Assembly: GCF_000143415.4 (NCBI RefSeq)
Contig: NW_003314469.1
Coordinates: forward strand, 1 to 31,053
From: Selaginella moellendorffii
Lineage: Eukaryota > Plantae > Lycopodiophyta
Direction of reading: 5' to 3'
Length of the DNA: 31,053 nt
This document shows, piece after piece, positions 1 to 10,479 of the stretch. Under the pieces are notes generated by a model, which searched no databases, was not told the origin of the DNA, and saw nothing but the letters and a program-made list of their open reading frames with translations. Positions within the stretch are counted from its first letter, which is position 1, and each line of letters starts with the position of its first letter. The translations under genes were made by a program, and so were the position numbers.

Positions 1-421
1 TTTTTTGAGTTTTCTGGAGATCCAACCGTTAGATCGCAACTAGATTTTACAGAATGGTATACAATGTCTTTCTTGATGACCCTGCAAAGAAGCATCTCAA
101 TCGGACACCACATGAGACCACACGAGCCTTACAATGTTTCAGGGGCATTTGCCATAGATCCGACCGTTATTTTGCTCCAAGATTTCACAGTTTGGTGTGC
201 ATTGACCTTTCCATCGAAACTGCAAAGGGACATCACAATCAGATGCGGGATCACAAGAAACTAACTTCACTAACTCTGGTTTCACCAAGATCTACATAAG
301 GAGTTATGAAATGAAAGGACCCTCTCTATTGAAATGTGTTTATGGTCCTAGGGGCATTGTGACATATCAAAGGATTTTGCATCAAGTTCTGTATTTGCAT
401 GTTTATCAAGCTACTGAATTG

Positions 422-448
422 CTAAACCCTAAACCCTAAACCCTAAAC
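422..448 (+). repeat. Short interstitial telomere-type repeat (CCCTAAA)n, ~3.7 units
   Basis: ctaaaccctaaaccctaaaccctaaac; Arabidopsis-type telomere motif. Confidence 0.85.
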
Positions 449-840
449 ATGTGGCAAATGCTGCGTGAAGAAAGATGCCCTTTCTGGGCAAATGCTGTAA
501 GAGGCAGATGCCGAGCAGATGTATCTCAGGCTAGCGAAGGGGACAAACGAAAGCTAGCTATAAACATGACGGGATGCAAATAGATTACTAGGCTGGTCTT
601 ACGAAAATCAAAAACCATAATTGAAAACATTGAAAATGCAAAAAGAAAGGTTTATAATATTTTTGAATTTTAGGCAACCAAAGGAATGTAAGTAGGGCAT
701 GTGTTTGTAAGTTTAAAAATGCCTCAACCACTTAAATTCCCAAGTAAATAAAGCTGTTTCTATTTTTGGTACAGGTAAACTTTATAGCGTGTGGGCTCAT
801 GCAATTTTGAACCCAAAAATGCACCAAAAAATGCTCGACT

Positions 841-909
841 AGCATTATTCTTTGAATGGCGTGTGGCCTTATGTCGAGCATTATTCTTTGAATGTCGTGT
901 GGCCTTATA
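841..909 (+). repeat. 36-bp tandem duplication containing a degenerate palindrome copy
   Basis: agcattattctttgaatg(g/t)cgtgtggccttat at 841 and 877. Confidence 0.85.
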
Positions 910-1282
910 TTGCCATAAATGGACGTACACACACAGCGTAATTATTCCTTTACACGGCGAATAATCTTGGCGCGGATCGCTGACATGGCATGGCAAAGTT
1001 CGAATCACTGACATGGCACAGCTGGATCGAGGCAAGGACATGATGTGACAAAGTTCAACCTCCGACAGCAAAGTCTAGAAGCTACTCAGTTTGAAATTTG
1101 TCAGAGGAATCATAAGATCTGGTTTGTCAGAGGATTTGATGTGACGTTCAAGCGTGTGTTATTTTTGAATTCTCGAACTCATTCCTAGGTCTATCATTTT
1201 TGTGCGCCGTGTTCTTGGTTCCGCTGAGCGCAGTGAGCGCTGCTTGTGTAAGCGGCGTTGTGGGCTGTGGTTTATGCGTTTA

Positions 1283-1412
1283 CGAGCGGTTGCGGCATTG
1301 CGAGCGCCATTGCGAGCGGCAGTTTATGCGAGTGGCAGTTTGTGCGAGCGGCGCTACGAGCAGTTGCGGTGTTGCGAGCGGCGCTACGAGTAGTTGCGGT
1401 GTTGCGAGCGGC
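1283..1412 (+). repeat. GC-rich GCGAGCGG-based minisatellite; 30-bp period at 1343-1412
   Basis: tgcgagcggcgctacgag(c/t)agttgcggtgt at 1343, 1373, partial at 1403; shorter gcgagcg units upstream. Confidence 0.8.
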
Positions 1413-1506
1413 ACTGTCTTTGGTGTGGCTACCGCTTCCTCTTGATATTCGGCACTTGTGCTTCCTGGTATGTTCACCATGGAATGGCTTAGGACCACAT
1501 TTAGAA

Positions 1507-1904
1507 ATGGCATGAGGCCACATGCCATCTTGGGCCCTTGCAATTTCATGGCTAGCGTATTGTCATGTATGTTTTTACTTGCCTGCAGCTGTGTGTATAT
1601 CAAGATGGCATGAGGCCTCATGCCATCTTTGGCCCCTGCTAGCCTATTGCCATATTCCTTTTGCCTTGCTGCAATTGTATATAATTTTGTATGGGTGACT
1701 AGTCACGCACACAAAAATATATACAGTTGCAGCAAGGCAAAAGGAATATAGCAACAGGCTAGCAGGGGCCAAAGATAGCGTGAGGCCTCATGCCATTAGT
1801 GGTACCACTAATGGCATGAGGGCTCATGCCAATTTTGTGAATGCGAAATTTCACGTGGGTGTCAATAGCATGTTTGAATAATGGCATGTGGCCTCATGCT
1901 ATTG
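1507..1904. repeat. Nested palindrome cluster: 22-bp palindromes at 1507, 1605, 1775, 1811, 1881; 192-bp hairpin 1605-1796; second hairpin centred at 1803/1804
   Basis: Arms 1605-1700 and 1701-1796 are reverse complements with 8 mismatches by manual count; centres GTGACTAGTCAC and GGTACC. Confidence 0.92.
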
Positions 1905-1984
1905 AGGTTGTTTGGTATGTTATGATTTAGGCCATTCTCCAATCATTTTTTGTATGGTCTTAACTTCTTTTCTGCACTTTCAGA

Positions 1985-4900
1985 ATGGCCTTCAGGGTTG
2001 GGGAAAAGGTTTACATTTTGAATGGTGGGAAGAGAGTTGCAAAAGGGACCCTTGTGTCTATGGATCAAAACTTTATTATACACTGTGAAAGGCTTGGGGA
2101 AGGCAATGCTGCTGTATCAGTAGAGACTGTCTTCGATGGGAATGTGGTCGCTATTGAACGAGGAGAGATGGTCGTCGGGGTAAATGTTGTTGTTGCCTTA
2201 AAAAATCTTCAGAAGAAAGCAGATGTTGGGGACAGCGCAAGTGCGACGCATGTTCCCTCCGTGGATCTTAAGAACCGTGCTACATGGATTCAGGCAAAAG
2301 TGTTTCTAAACAACCCCGAGGGGGAGGTGGTAGCTGAGGGCTTAGCCACAGTTGTCGATCCAAGAGATGCGGTTGCTAATCAAGATTTGGGCTGGGATGA
2401 TATTGGAGTTGCGATTTTAAAGGTTGTTGACACAGAAGAAAACAGTCTGACTATTGGAAGCATTGTGCGGTGGAAATTGAGGCACTTAGTGTTTGAGAAT
2501 GTGAAGGATTCACAATCAAACACCACTACAACTGATGACAGAACATCTCTTCATGGGAAAAGAAAGTACACCTTCCTAAAGCGCAGCCAAAGGGATCTGA
2601 GCAACGAACCGAAAAGGCAGAAAATGGCGATGGAGGTTCGAATGGTCTCGACAGTTGCTTGTTGCAAGAGGAGGTGCTGTCAACATGCTGATTGGGATGC
2701 TATTGAAGAGGAGAGAGCAAGATACAAGACATTGTCCTGGAAGGCAGCTCGCAATTTTGTGTATGAGGCATTACGGTCATCTGTTGATGCTTCAGAACAT
2801 CAGGTGGGGGGCATGGTCTTCCAGAGGGGTTTGGTCTGCATGAAGGCATGGAGAATCATTTATGGAGTCCCTCGAAGCACATTCTACAGAATCAAAACTG
2901 AGTTCGAGGAACAAAGGGTTCAACAGGCAGTCCATGGGAACGACGGTACGCACAAAACCAGGGGTCATGTTGTATATGGAGAGGCAATCTTCAAGAGGTT
3001 TGTCGAGACATGTAGCGAGCAGCAACCACATAAAACCCGCCTCTTGGAAGATGGAACACGAGACACCCAACGAGTTCTCCCTTCCATGTATACCAAGGGG
3101 GCCATATTGGAAGATGTGAATCGGGAACTCCAGAGTAATGGCTACAGGAAGCTGAGCCAATCTAGATTTAGTAGATTGTGGAGCAACAGGTTCAGAGATG
3201 TGAGTATAGGAAAGTACTCCAGCTTTTCAAAGTGTGACGAGTGCACTGCTATCAAAATGGCTTTGTCGAAGAATTCTTGCAGCGCTCAAGAGCGAGAGAC
3301 GTTGGTTAGAAGGCGGCTCGACCACAACATCGAGCAGAGAAGCTGCAGGACTGCATATTATCATAACAGGATTCTCTCCATGGAGAGACCTGACTCTTAC
3401 CTCTGCATCATCCACGACAAAATGGACCAGAAAAAGACGTGCTTACCTCGACTCAATCCTGCCCCCAAGGCAATCTCTTCATCCATGCAGCTGCCTGTGT
3501 CTCTGTTTGGCATAATCGCTCATGGGCATGGTGCCCAGAACTATGGGAACTTCTTTGTACCTCTATGGGGTGGCGGGGGTGCAAACATGATGATTGCGTC
3601 CCTAGCAAAACACTTAAGATCTCTGCAAAGTGCGCAGACTGAGCTGAACGGCCAACCCTTGCATAAGGCCCTTGTCGATCGAACCCCATACAGGGTTCAG
3701 CTGGAGGAGGAGCAAAGGCTTGCAGTATCGCGTGGGGCCCCATGCCATCCCAGTGAATATGTTGGCCGTCAGATTGTAGGGTTATCACGTGAGGCCTCAT
3801 GCCATTCCGACGAGGCTGGTCGCCCGGTGAATGCACAGCCTCATCCAAACGAAGCAGAATCTCAAGGAAGTTCTTGCGGCCGATGTGGCCTTCCACCCCA
3901 TCTTCTGCTCCAAACAGACAATGCTGGCAGTGAGAACAAAAACATGTACGTCTTCGCGTACTTGGCGATGCTTGTTGCCAAAGGCATATTTGAAATGGTT
4001 ACACTTGGCTTTCTCATGGTTGGGCACACTCATGAAGACGTCGATGCCATGTTCAGTCACCTGGCAGAGTCCCTCCGGCGATCCAATGTCCTCACCCTCC
4101 CACAACTCTACGATGAATTCCAAAATTGCATCAAAGGCACTGTTGAAGCTGCACTTCTGACAGAGGTTCCAGACTTTAAGGGGTTTGTAAGAGGTTACAT
4201 CAGGGATGGATCCGAAACGCTGATTGGCCACTCCAAGCCTCTTCAGTTTCATTTCAGCATGTGTGACGGTGCTCCAGTGATGAGGTACAAGATGAGAGAA
4301 TGGGACACAGTGTGGCTGCCAGTGGACGGCATTGAACTCTTCAAGAGAGATCCCATAACTGGGGAACCTATGATTCCTCAGGCTTCCCCACGGCCGATGC
4401 ACCCGGATGGACTCAAAGACCAGGAAAGTATAGTGGCCGGGATTAGACAGCATATTGCCTTCTGGAAGAGGGGGTTGGTGTTTGGTGGAGAATCCTATTT
4501 TCAGAGGTGCAAGCCTTTGCTCGAATACTGGGAGAAGATTATATCTGCTATCCAAAATGGGCCGGTTGTATATGAAGAATTGGAAGAGTCCTTTTGGCCA
4601 GAACCCAGAGCACCAGATAGTAGCGGAACAATGTCCTCTGGAAATGCAGTGACAGATAACGATGTTGAGGATCACTATTGTGGGCCGAGGAACAAGAAGC
4701 CGGATTCAGCATTCAATCCAGTACAGGTCTGCAAAGGAATGGTCGTGCTTGTCAGACCCAGTAATAAAAAACAAATGATATGGGTGGGGCGCTGCATCAC
4801 TGATGCAGAGGAGGACGCGGAAACTAACTCCTTCAATGTAACTGTGGAGTGGTTCAAGCCAAGTTCCGGATATACGAAGGATTGCCTAGAAAAGAGATGG

Positions 4901-5053
4901 GTGCTGAATCCAAGGGATCCCAGCATGAGCATATCGGTGGATAATGTTGTGCATGGTTGGATGCGGAAGCAGAGTGCCACCATCACCTTGCCAGACCATG
5001 CAAGAGATGCAGCAAGAGCATTCATAACTCGGGTTCAAGGTGAGATTCATTAA
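1985..5053 (+). CDS. 1022-aa Sola-like/DUF7869-type DDE/D transposase with accessory domains
   Basis: Uninterrupted ORF. Motifs CCKRRCC, VCMKAW..YGVPRSTFYR, KCDEC, IIHDKMDQ (D478), LQTDNAGSENKN (D645), FLMVGHTHEDVDAMFS (D687). Acceptor-like ctttcag just before the ATG. Confidence 0.75.
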   Translation: MAFRVGEKVYILNGGKRVAKGTLVSMDQNFIIHCERLGEGNAAVSVETVFDGNVVAIERGEMVVGVNVVVALKNLQKKADVGDSASATHVPSVDLKNRATWIQAKVFLNNPEGEVVAEGLATVVDPRDAVANQDLGWDDIGVAILKVVDTEENSLTIGSIVRWKLRHLVFENVKDSQSNTTTTDDRTSLHGKRKYTFLKRSQRDLSNEPKRQKMAMEVRMVSTVACCKRRCCQHADWDAIEEERARYKTLSWKAARNFVYEALRSSVDASEHQVGGMVFQRGLVCMKAWRIIYGVPRSTFYRIKTEFEEQRVQQAVHGNDGTHKTRGHVVYGEAIFKRFVETCSEQQPHKTRLLEDGTRDTQRVLPSMYTKGAILEDVNRELQSNGYRKLSQSRFSRLWSNRFRDVSIGKYSSFSKCDECTAIKMALSKNSCSAQERETLVRRRLDHNIEQRSCRTAYYHNRILSMERPDSYLCIIHDKMDQKKTCLPRLNPAPKAISSSMQLPVSLFGIIAHGHGAQNYGNFFVPLWGGGGANMMIASLAKHLRSLQSAQTELNGQPLHKALVDRTPYRVQLEEEQRLAVSRGAPCHPSEYVGRQIVGLSREASCHSDEAGRPVNAQPHPNEAESQGSSCGRCGLPPHLLLQTDNAGSENKNMYVFAYLAMLVAKGIFEMVTLGFLMVGHTHEDVDAMFSHLAESLRRSNVLTLPQLYDEFQNCIKGTVEAALLTEVPDFKGFVRGYIRDGSETLIGHSKPLQFHFSMCDGAPVMRYKMREWDTVWLPVDGIELFKRDPITGEPMIPQASPRPMHPDGLKDQESIVAGIRQHIAFWKRGLVFGGESYFQRCKPLLEYWEKIISAIQNGPVVYEELEESFWPEPRAPDSSGTMSSGNAVTDNDVEDHYCGPRNKKPDSAFNPVQVCKGMVVLVRPSNKKQMIWVGRCITDAEEDAETNSFNVTVEWFKPSSGYTKDCLEKRWVLNPRDPSMSISVDNVVHGWMRKQSATITLPDHARDAARAFITRVQGEIH

Positions 5054-5605
5054 TATTCCTTTACAAAGTTTCTAATGTATTTTATTTCAAGGTGAACAAT
5101 CCGAATCTGAATCAGAGGAGGCTTGATATAGTGTGTGAGGTAAAACAAAGATGATGTGACATATGCATTTACCAATCACACGTGCATAAATCTAATAATA
5201 TGGCGTGTGGCCCATATTAATGGCACATAAACCCATATTGTGGGCTTACGTGCTTTATGTACCATCATTCCCTTGCAGCGTGTGTGTTGGTTTCCTTTTA
5301 TAACACAACGAACTCCATATTTTGGGGTGAAGAGCGTTCTCATGGCAAGCACAAAATCTGTAAGTGAGGCAGAAAAGGAGACGGAGAAGGAGATAGGTGA
5401 AGATGTAGAATATATAAGTCTTCCAAACTCCCCGTACTATACTCCAGGTGATCATTTTTCTGAACAAACGGCAACATTAACAACTATCGAGAACGCCCCA
5501 GTAACGTCAGAGACAACAATCCAAAGCAAAACAACTGACCCGGAGAAGGATGATAGTACCGCTGAGAGTACCAAAAAGGAGGTGTCCACTAGCGCTTAGG
5601 CTTAT

Positions 5606-5730
5606 AATGGCGTGTGCCCTCATGCCATTTACTTGATCACCAAATACCTTTTTCCCTTTGCACTAGTATATCTTAATACCGGTCTGAGAAATAGAATGGC
5701 ATGTGCCCTCAGGCCTTTTACTAAATCACC
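5606..5730 (+). repeat. Two ~35-bp direct repeats (89-bp period), each carrying the 22-bp palindrome
   Basis: aatggcgtgtgccctcatgccatttacttgatcacc vs aatggcatgtgccctcaggccttttactaaatcacc. Confidence 0.75.
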
Positions 5731-6589
5731 TTTGAAAGAAATGCAAGCCTCTATGTCATAAAAAAAAGGTACTAGAGAAATTCCTTAATAATATGAATGT
5801 TATTTAGTTTCATGAAAATACACTAAGGGTCAAATGAGTTAAATGACTTCTCCAGACTAGCAATGCCTCTTGCTACACCTTCACAATTAGATTCGTTAGA
5901 AAAAGATAACATTGAATAATATCTAAATGTTCTCACCATTAAGTTATATGTCTGGCTAATAGGAATGATGTTCATCTTGGAAAGCTCACCACACGCTCAA
6001 TGAACAAACAAATAGTGTGTGCGCGCATGCCATCGCTCTTCTTTAGCTTCAGATTCGGCTTGTTCACCTTGACAATGAGATTTATTATACAACTAGATGG
6101 ACTCAGTCTGGACATAAGGTCACCGCGCTAGTCACCATGCCCCAGATATGTCTAGCCCCTGGACAAAAAACATATAATTTCACGTCATTTTCAAATACTT
6201 GAAAATTTGTACCTAGTCCCATTTTACTGAATAAATCCCACTTTAACGAAATAGAGCTTTATTAGTACTTGGACTAGATCTCAGACCCGACTTTGGACTC
6301 AGTCTCGGATGCTATGTTCTTGCAGTGACCTGGATGGGATACAATCCTAAAATTTTGTGTTTTATTATCTTTTTACAGTTTTGGAGCCAACCAAAATTTC
6401 CAGTATTTACTTGAAATTTCCCAACAAGGAGTGCACTGCCAATACAGCAGTGGTGCTCGGGAGTTATCATCACTAGAGCCACTGATATGAACGTGACTGG
6501 CCGCTCAATTAATCAGACGCCATAGTTGAGTGCCAACGCTGTACCATTATGGGGTTCTTCCTCCTCCAAGTTGTTCACTGGAAAGCAAC

Positions 6590-7566
6590 ATGGCAGTGAC
6601 TGCTTTGCCGACATTCTCGAGATTTTTAAACAAGTGGTACTATGAGCCGGTGCTCAAGCCGGGACAGCCTCCACTTCCACCAGGTCCGCTTGGATGGCCC
6701 GTCTTTATCAACATGGCTGCTTCTCTCAGAGCCTTCATGTCTGGATTACCATACTCTTTCATGGGTCACTTCTTGGTTTCAGGTATAATTGAGTGGGTTT
6801 TACAAGGCGTTTCTGTTCTAGCAGCCCACCGTCCTGGTTGCCACACCAGAGGCATGCAAATTCGTGCTCTCCAAAGACAGCTTTGTGACAGGATGGATAA
6901 AGAGCCATTGGACGAAATCTGTTTGCGGGATTAACTGGAGAGCTACTTGAAGCTCCAGAAGCTTACTGAGTCCACTGTGAACAATCCCAAAGCTCTTAAG
7001 CAGTATGTGCCCCTACAACAGCATGCCTTGCAAGGTGGCCTACGCAGCATAAGATTGTTCTTCTTACCGAGATGAGAAGGGTAAGTGACGTTTACTTCCT
7101 CTTTGTCTTATTTTTCTCGTTGATACTGGTTTTTTCTGATATGACAGTTCACATATCTAACTGTCCTCTACATTTTATATAGGAAAGACTCGATGTGGAT
7201 GAGTTTTTCTCCTTGTACTACATTGTCAACCAAAGCATTCAGGGTTTCCCATCAACTTCCCCAACACTGCCTACAACAAAGCCTTGAAGGTAAAAGCCAT
7301 ATGCATTGTCCTACATAGTTTTGTGATGTTTTCCCATTCTCAGGCCAGGTGAAAGGTCATCAAGCTTATCCAGGACCTGATCAGCCAGCAAAGAACTTCC
7401 AGAAAGCCACAGGAAACACGTTGCTCATGGATGAGCTGGATTACAAAAGGGAGTCTCTGGAAGTGCTGAAATCATAGACATTCTCAACATGTACATAAAC
7501 GCGGTCACAACTCGATGGCTGATGGTTTCCTAAAGCAAAATCGTGATGTGCTCGAGAAAGTGAAGA
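6590..7566 (+). pseudogene. KAO: CYP88-family cytochrome P450 (ent-kaurenoic acid oxidase-like), 5' half, decayed
   Basis: WYYEP..LPPGPLGWP..LRAF; YKAFLF*QPTVLVATPEACKFVL; AYNKALK; EIIDILNMYINA. Stops, frameshifts and short introns (GT at ~7081, ~7290); no heme-binding part. Confidence 0.8.
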
Positions 7567-8529
7567 TAAACATTTACAATTTCATACAAACTTTCCTTCA
7601 TACAATCTTTCTTCTTTAGGCCACATCCAGACTATTCTGTAAAAGTTTCAAAACTTCTGTAATTAAAAAAGAAAAAAGTATTCTACTGAATTGTACCTTA
7701 TACAAGATGATACCCTATGTATTCTCATGCCTCCACTATTCTAATTCATCCCTGTCGCTTCTGTATTTTGGAAGGAAACGCTATTTATGAAAACTCTGCA
7801 TTTATGTTTACCCTTTGCTCCAATGGACCTAATGAAGACATGTTCAAGACAGATTCAAACTGGCAGGTATTCTTAAAGAACCAAAGAACTGCACATCATC
7901 TCTTTAAGGGAAATTTATGAGGTGCTTGTGAGGCTCTGAAGTATTAACCTCCTCTGGATATCTTTCAATAATGGAAAAAAACCTTTAAAACATGAATGGT
8001 ACTTTTTTGCTGCTTCTTTCATGTTTTATGGTAGTCAAGTTACAACTTCTGGAATTTTACGAGCAGCGTCTGAGTAATGTCTAGGGAATGAGAAACTGTA
8101 AGGTATAGTATGATATTTTCTTGCTCTAATAAATAGTTAAATAGTAGTACATTGTACTGCCTGTTGTAACCTTTGTGGCTTTGCTTGACTACAAAACAAT
8201 GCATACAAGGTCAGAATGACACAAGCAGATATTTCATAAAGATGTCAGTCTCTTGCCACTTCACTCTTAAACAATGAAATCAGATAAATGAATCACCCAA
8301 GACAAAATGTGGAAGAAGAATAGAATTGGATTCATCACCTTTGCGAATACCTAGACAGACATATATCCTTGCAAGAGGAAGAGATCTAACATCAGTTGCA
8401 TTGCCTGACACTAGATTCAGGAGCTTCCTTAGAATGGCTTGTGGTGGCAGGGAGCATAGAAACATAAGTTTGGGCCACAAAGGTCACCATTTTAAACTTT
8501 TTTTTGTTTTATACTTTGTCCTTTGTTAA

Positions 8530-9330
8530 CATATGTAATATCAAAAGACCATCCATTCTCACCATATGGAAAAAGAATCAGATATAACATTGGATCACAA
8601 GACGAATAGAAATTTCTTGTATAATATATTTTTTAGGATATATAGCAATACTTCTTTTGAAAGGAGGTTCTCCAAACATATTTGTGAATACAGCTGCAAC
8701 TTCATTTAAACATGGTGCATTATATTGTCTTGGATCAGCTGTTTGATCATCTTTTATATACATTACAATATCACTTATATCTCCTTGAATATTTGTTGAA
8801 TTTAACACTTCATTTCTATTTCCCACAACATTTTAAATGCATTAGCATAGGGATTTATTTCTCTTAATAATGTATCAAGATCACCCATTGGTTGCTCATC
8901 ACATTTAGAATTGTATTTGTTTCTCATTCTTATTTCTGTTGCTCGAGCAGTATCTAAAATATACAATTGTGAATAAATTGCATCTTTTTCATTGTTTGGT
9001 CTGAAACTTCCAATATTATGATAAATTTGTTCATGTATTTTAAAATAATAAGAGCCACCTTCTGCAATCTCTTTGATGTTTGCACCCTTTGATGCAAATG
9101 CTAATGCACTATTATAATTTTGTATTAAATATTTAAAATTTTCTTGCCATGGTGTTTCTTCCAGCAGTTTCTGGATAAATTGAGGAAAAGGATGTGAATT
9201 TTTATTTGCTATTCTCCCATCACAACAATAGTTGAAAACACTTTCCATCATTAAAAAAAAAAAGGGCCTTACAATGTATGCATTGTTTTTCCATCTTACC
9301 AAGATAATGTTGCTCACATTTTCCATTTTC
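8530..9330 (-). mobile_element. Helitron RepHel N-terminal coding remnant (frameshifted)
   Basis: YLGKM..CIHCKAL..CC; YNSALAFAS; YSQLYILDT; INPYA; YNAP..NEVAAVF; LFPYGENGW. Confidence 0.88.
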
Positions 9331-10479
9331 ATTCTCCGACATTAAACCTATGTATTTCTTTCGTCTCACTGCCCTACAAGCAGTAGTTGCAGGATTATAG
9401 GAAATCATGTGACAGAAATTGCCAGTTGATATAACATGTCTGGTCTCACATATTCTGCAAGTCTCCCCACTTTCTGTTTTTACGTGCTCTAGCTATGTGG
9501 CTAGAGTGAGGTTCCGATGAGCCACACTAGGTATCCAAGTAAATAGTGCCACCCACACTTGGATTGGGAGCATCAACTTGTGAGACATAAAATCCCTAGG
9601 CCCATTATTTTTGCCTACATTAGTTTCCAAACACCACATGGTAAAAGGTACGAGTTCTTGACTTTGAGTAGCATTTGCTACAATTGAATCACGTTCTAAA
9701 ATGGCATCCACAGTTTTCCGCTTTCTCTTGCAGCCCATTTCCAGCTGGGTATTTCAATTTGTATAATAGGCTAGTAGATTTCAGCAAAGTAGAATAGCAT
9801 TGGTAGGTGTTAGTTTTGTTTAGATCATTGTGCAACGATGCTGTCTCTTATCGGTAAGAGTTTTTTTTTTCTGTTTTGTATTCAAGCAAACATAGTAATA
9901 GCACAATGGAAGAGAGATTCTTGTATGTGCAGGTCACTCTTCTGAACTGTTTTCTGCCTGCACGTTTCCTTTTGAATGTTTTAAGCGTTTTTATGATCGT
10001 GATCGGGAACGACATATAGACATTTTGTTTTTGACCCAAAATCTTTACGAGAAAGAGCAAAACACTAAAAAAATCAAACACACACATGTGATTGGAAATC
10101 ATTTCTATGCCCTGAGTTAATGTACAAATATCATGTACCGAATCAAACCAAACTCATGGCTTCAAAGGTGTGTCTATAGACACATACATACACAACAGTT
10201 TATTTAATGCTGTCTGATTCCTTCAAAAATGTCTTTTTAAAAACGGATCATGACTTTGTCTGTAAGAAAGTAGAGTAAAAAAGAAGAACAAATCCGATCC
10301 AGACAGGCTGCTTTATGTTGCCGTGAGCATATCCTTTTACATCAAAATTCCAGTTTCTACCAGGAAAAGTTTCTATCACTTGCAATTGTCCATTTTATAA
10401 TGCATGAAATCTACAATCCCAATCTTCCAAACAAGTATGCTCACATTTTGAATATTTTTTTCTTTCTTTTCTTTGCGAT

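Larger units (their letters stand above)
784..5717 (+). mobile_element. Putative Sola-like DNA transposon (minimum extent defined by palindrome copies; termini not identified)
   Basis: Intact transposase-like ORF flanked on both sides by copies of one 22-bp palindrome; no TIR or TSD found by eye. Confidence 0.55.

Noticed and set aside
23-34. CAACCGTTAGAT, also at 28566-28577 (MSA-like)
   Set aside because: A common short plant motif with no extended homology
54-420. Possible F-box/LRR gene fragment
   Set aside because: Similarity too weak to call
1507-1904. CRISPR-like array
   Set aside because: Spacing is irregular, the intervening sequences are copies or inversions of each other, there are no cas genes, and the context is eukaryotic
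2655-5025. Alternative-frame and antisense ORFs within the 1022-aa gene
   Set aside because: Shadow ORFs with no recognisable motifs
5240-5599. 119-aa acidic S/T-rich ORF downstream of the transposase
   Set aside because: Low complexity with no recognisable family; it could be an element exon but is unsupported
741-5700. Possible TIR pair (~758-777 vs ~5677-5696)
   Set aside because: Only ~15/20 identity, not extendable, and no TSD
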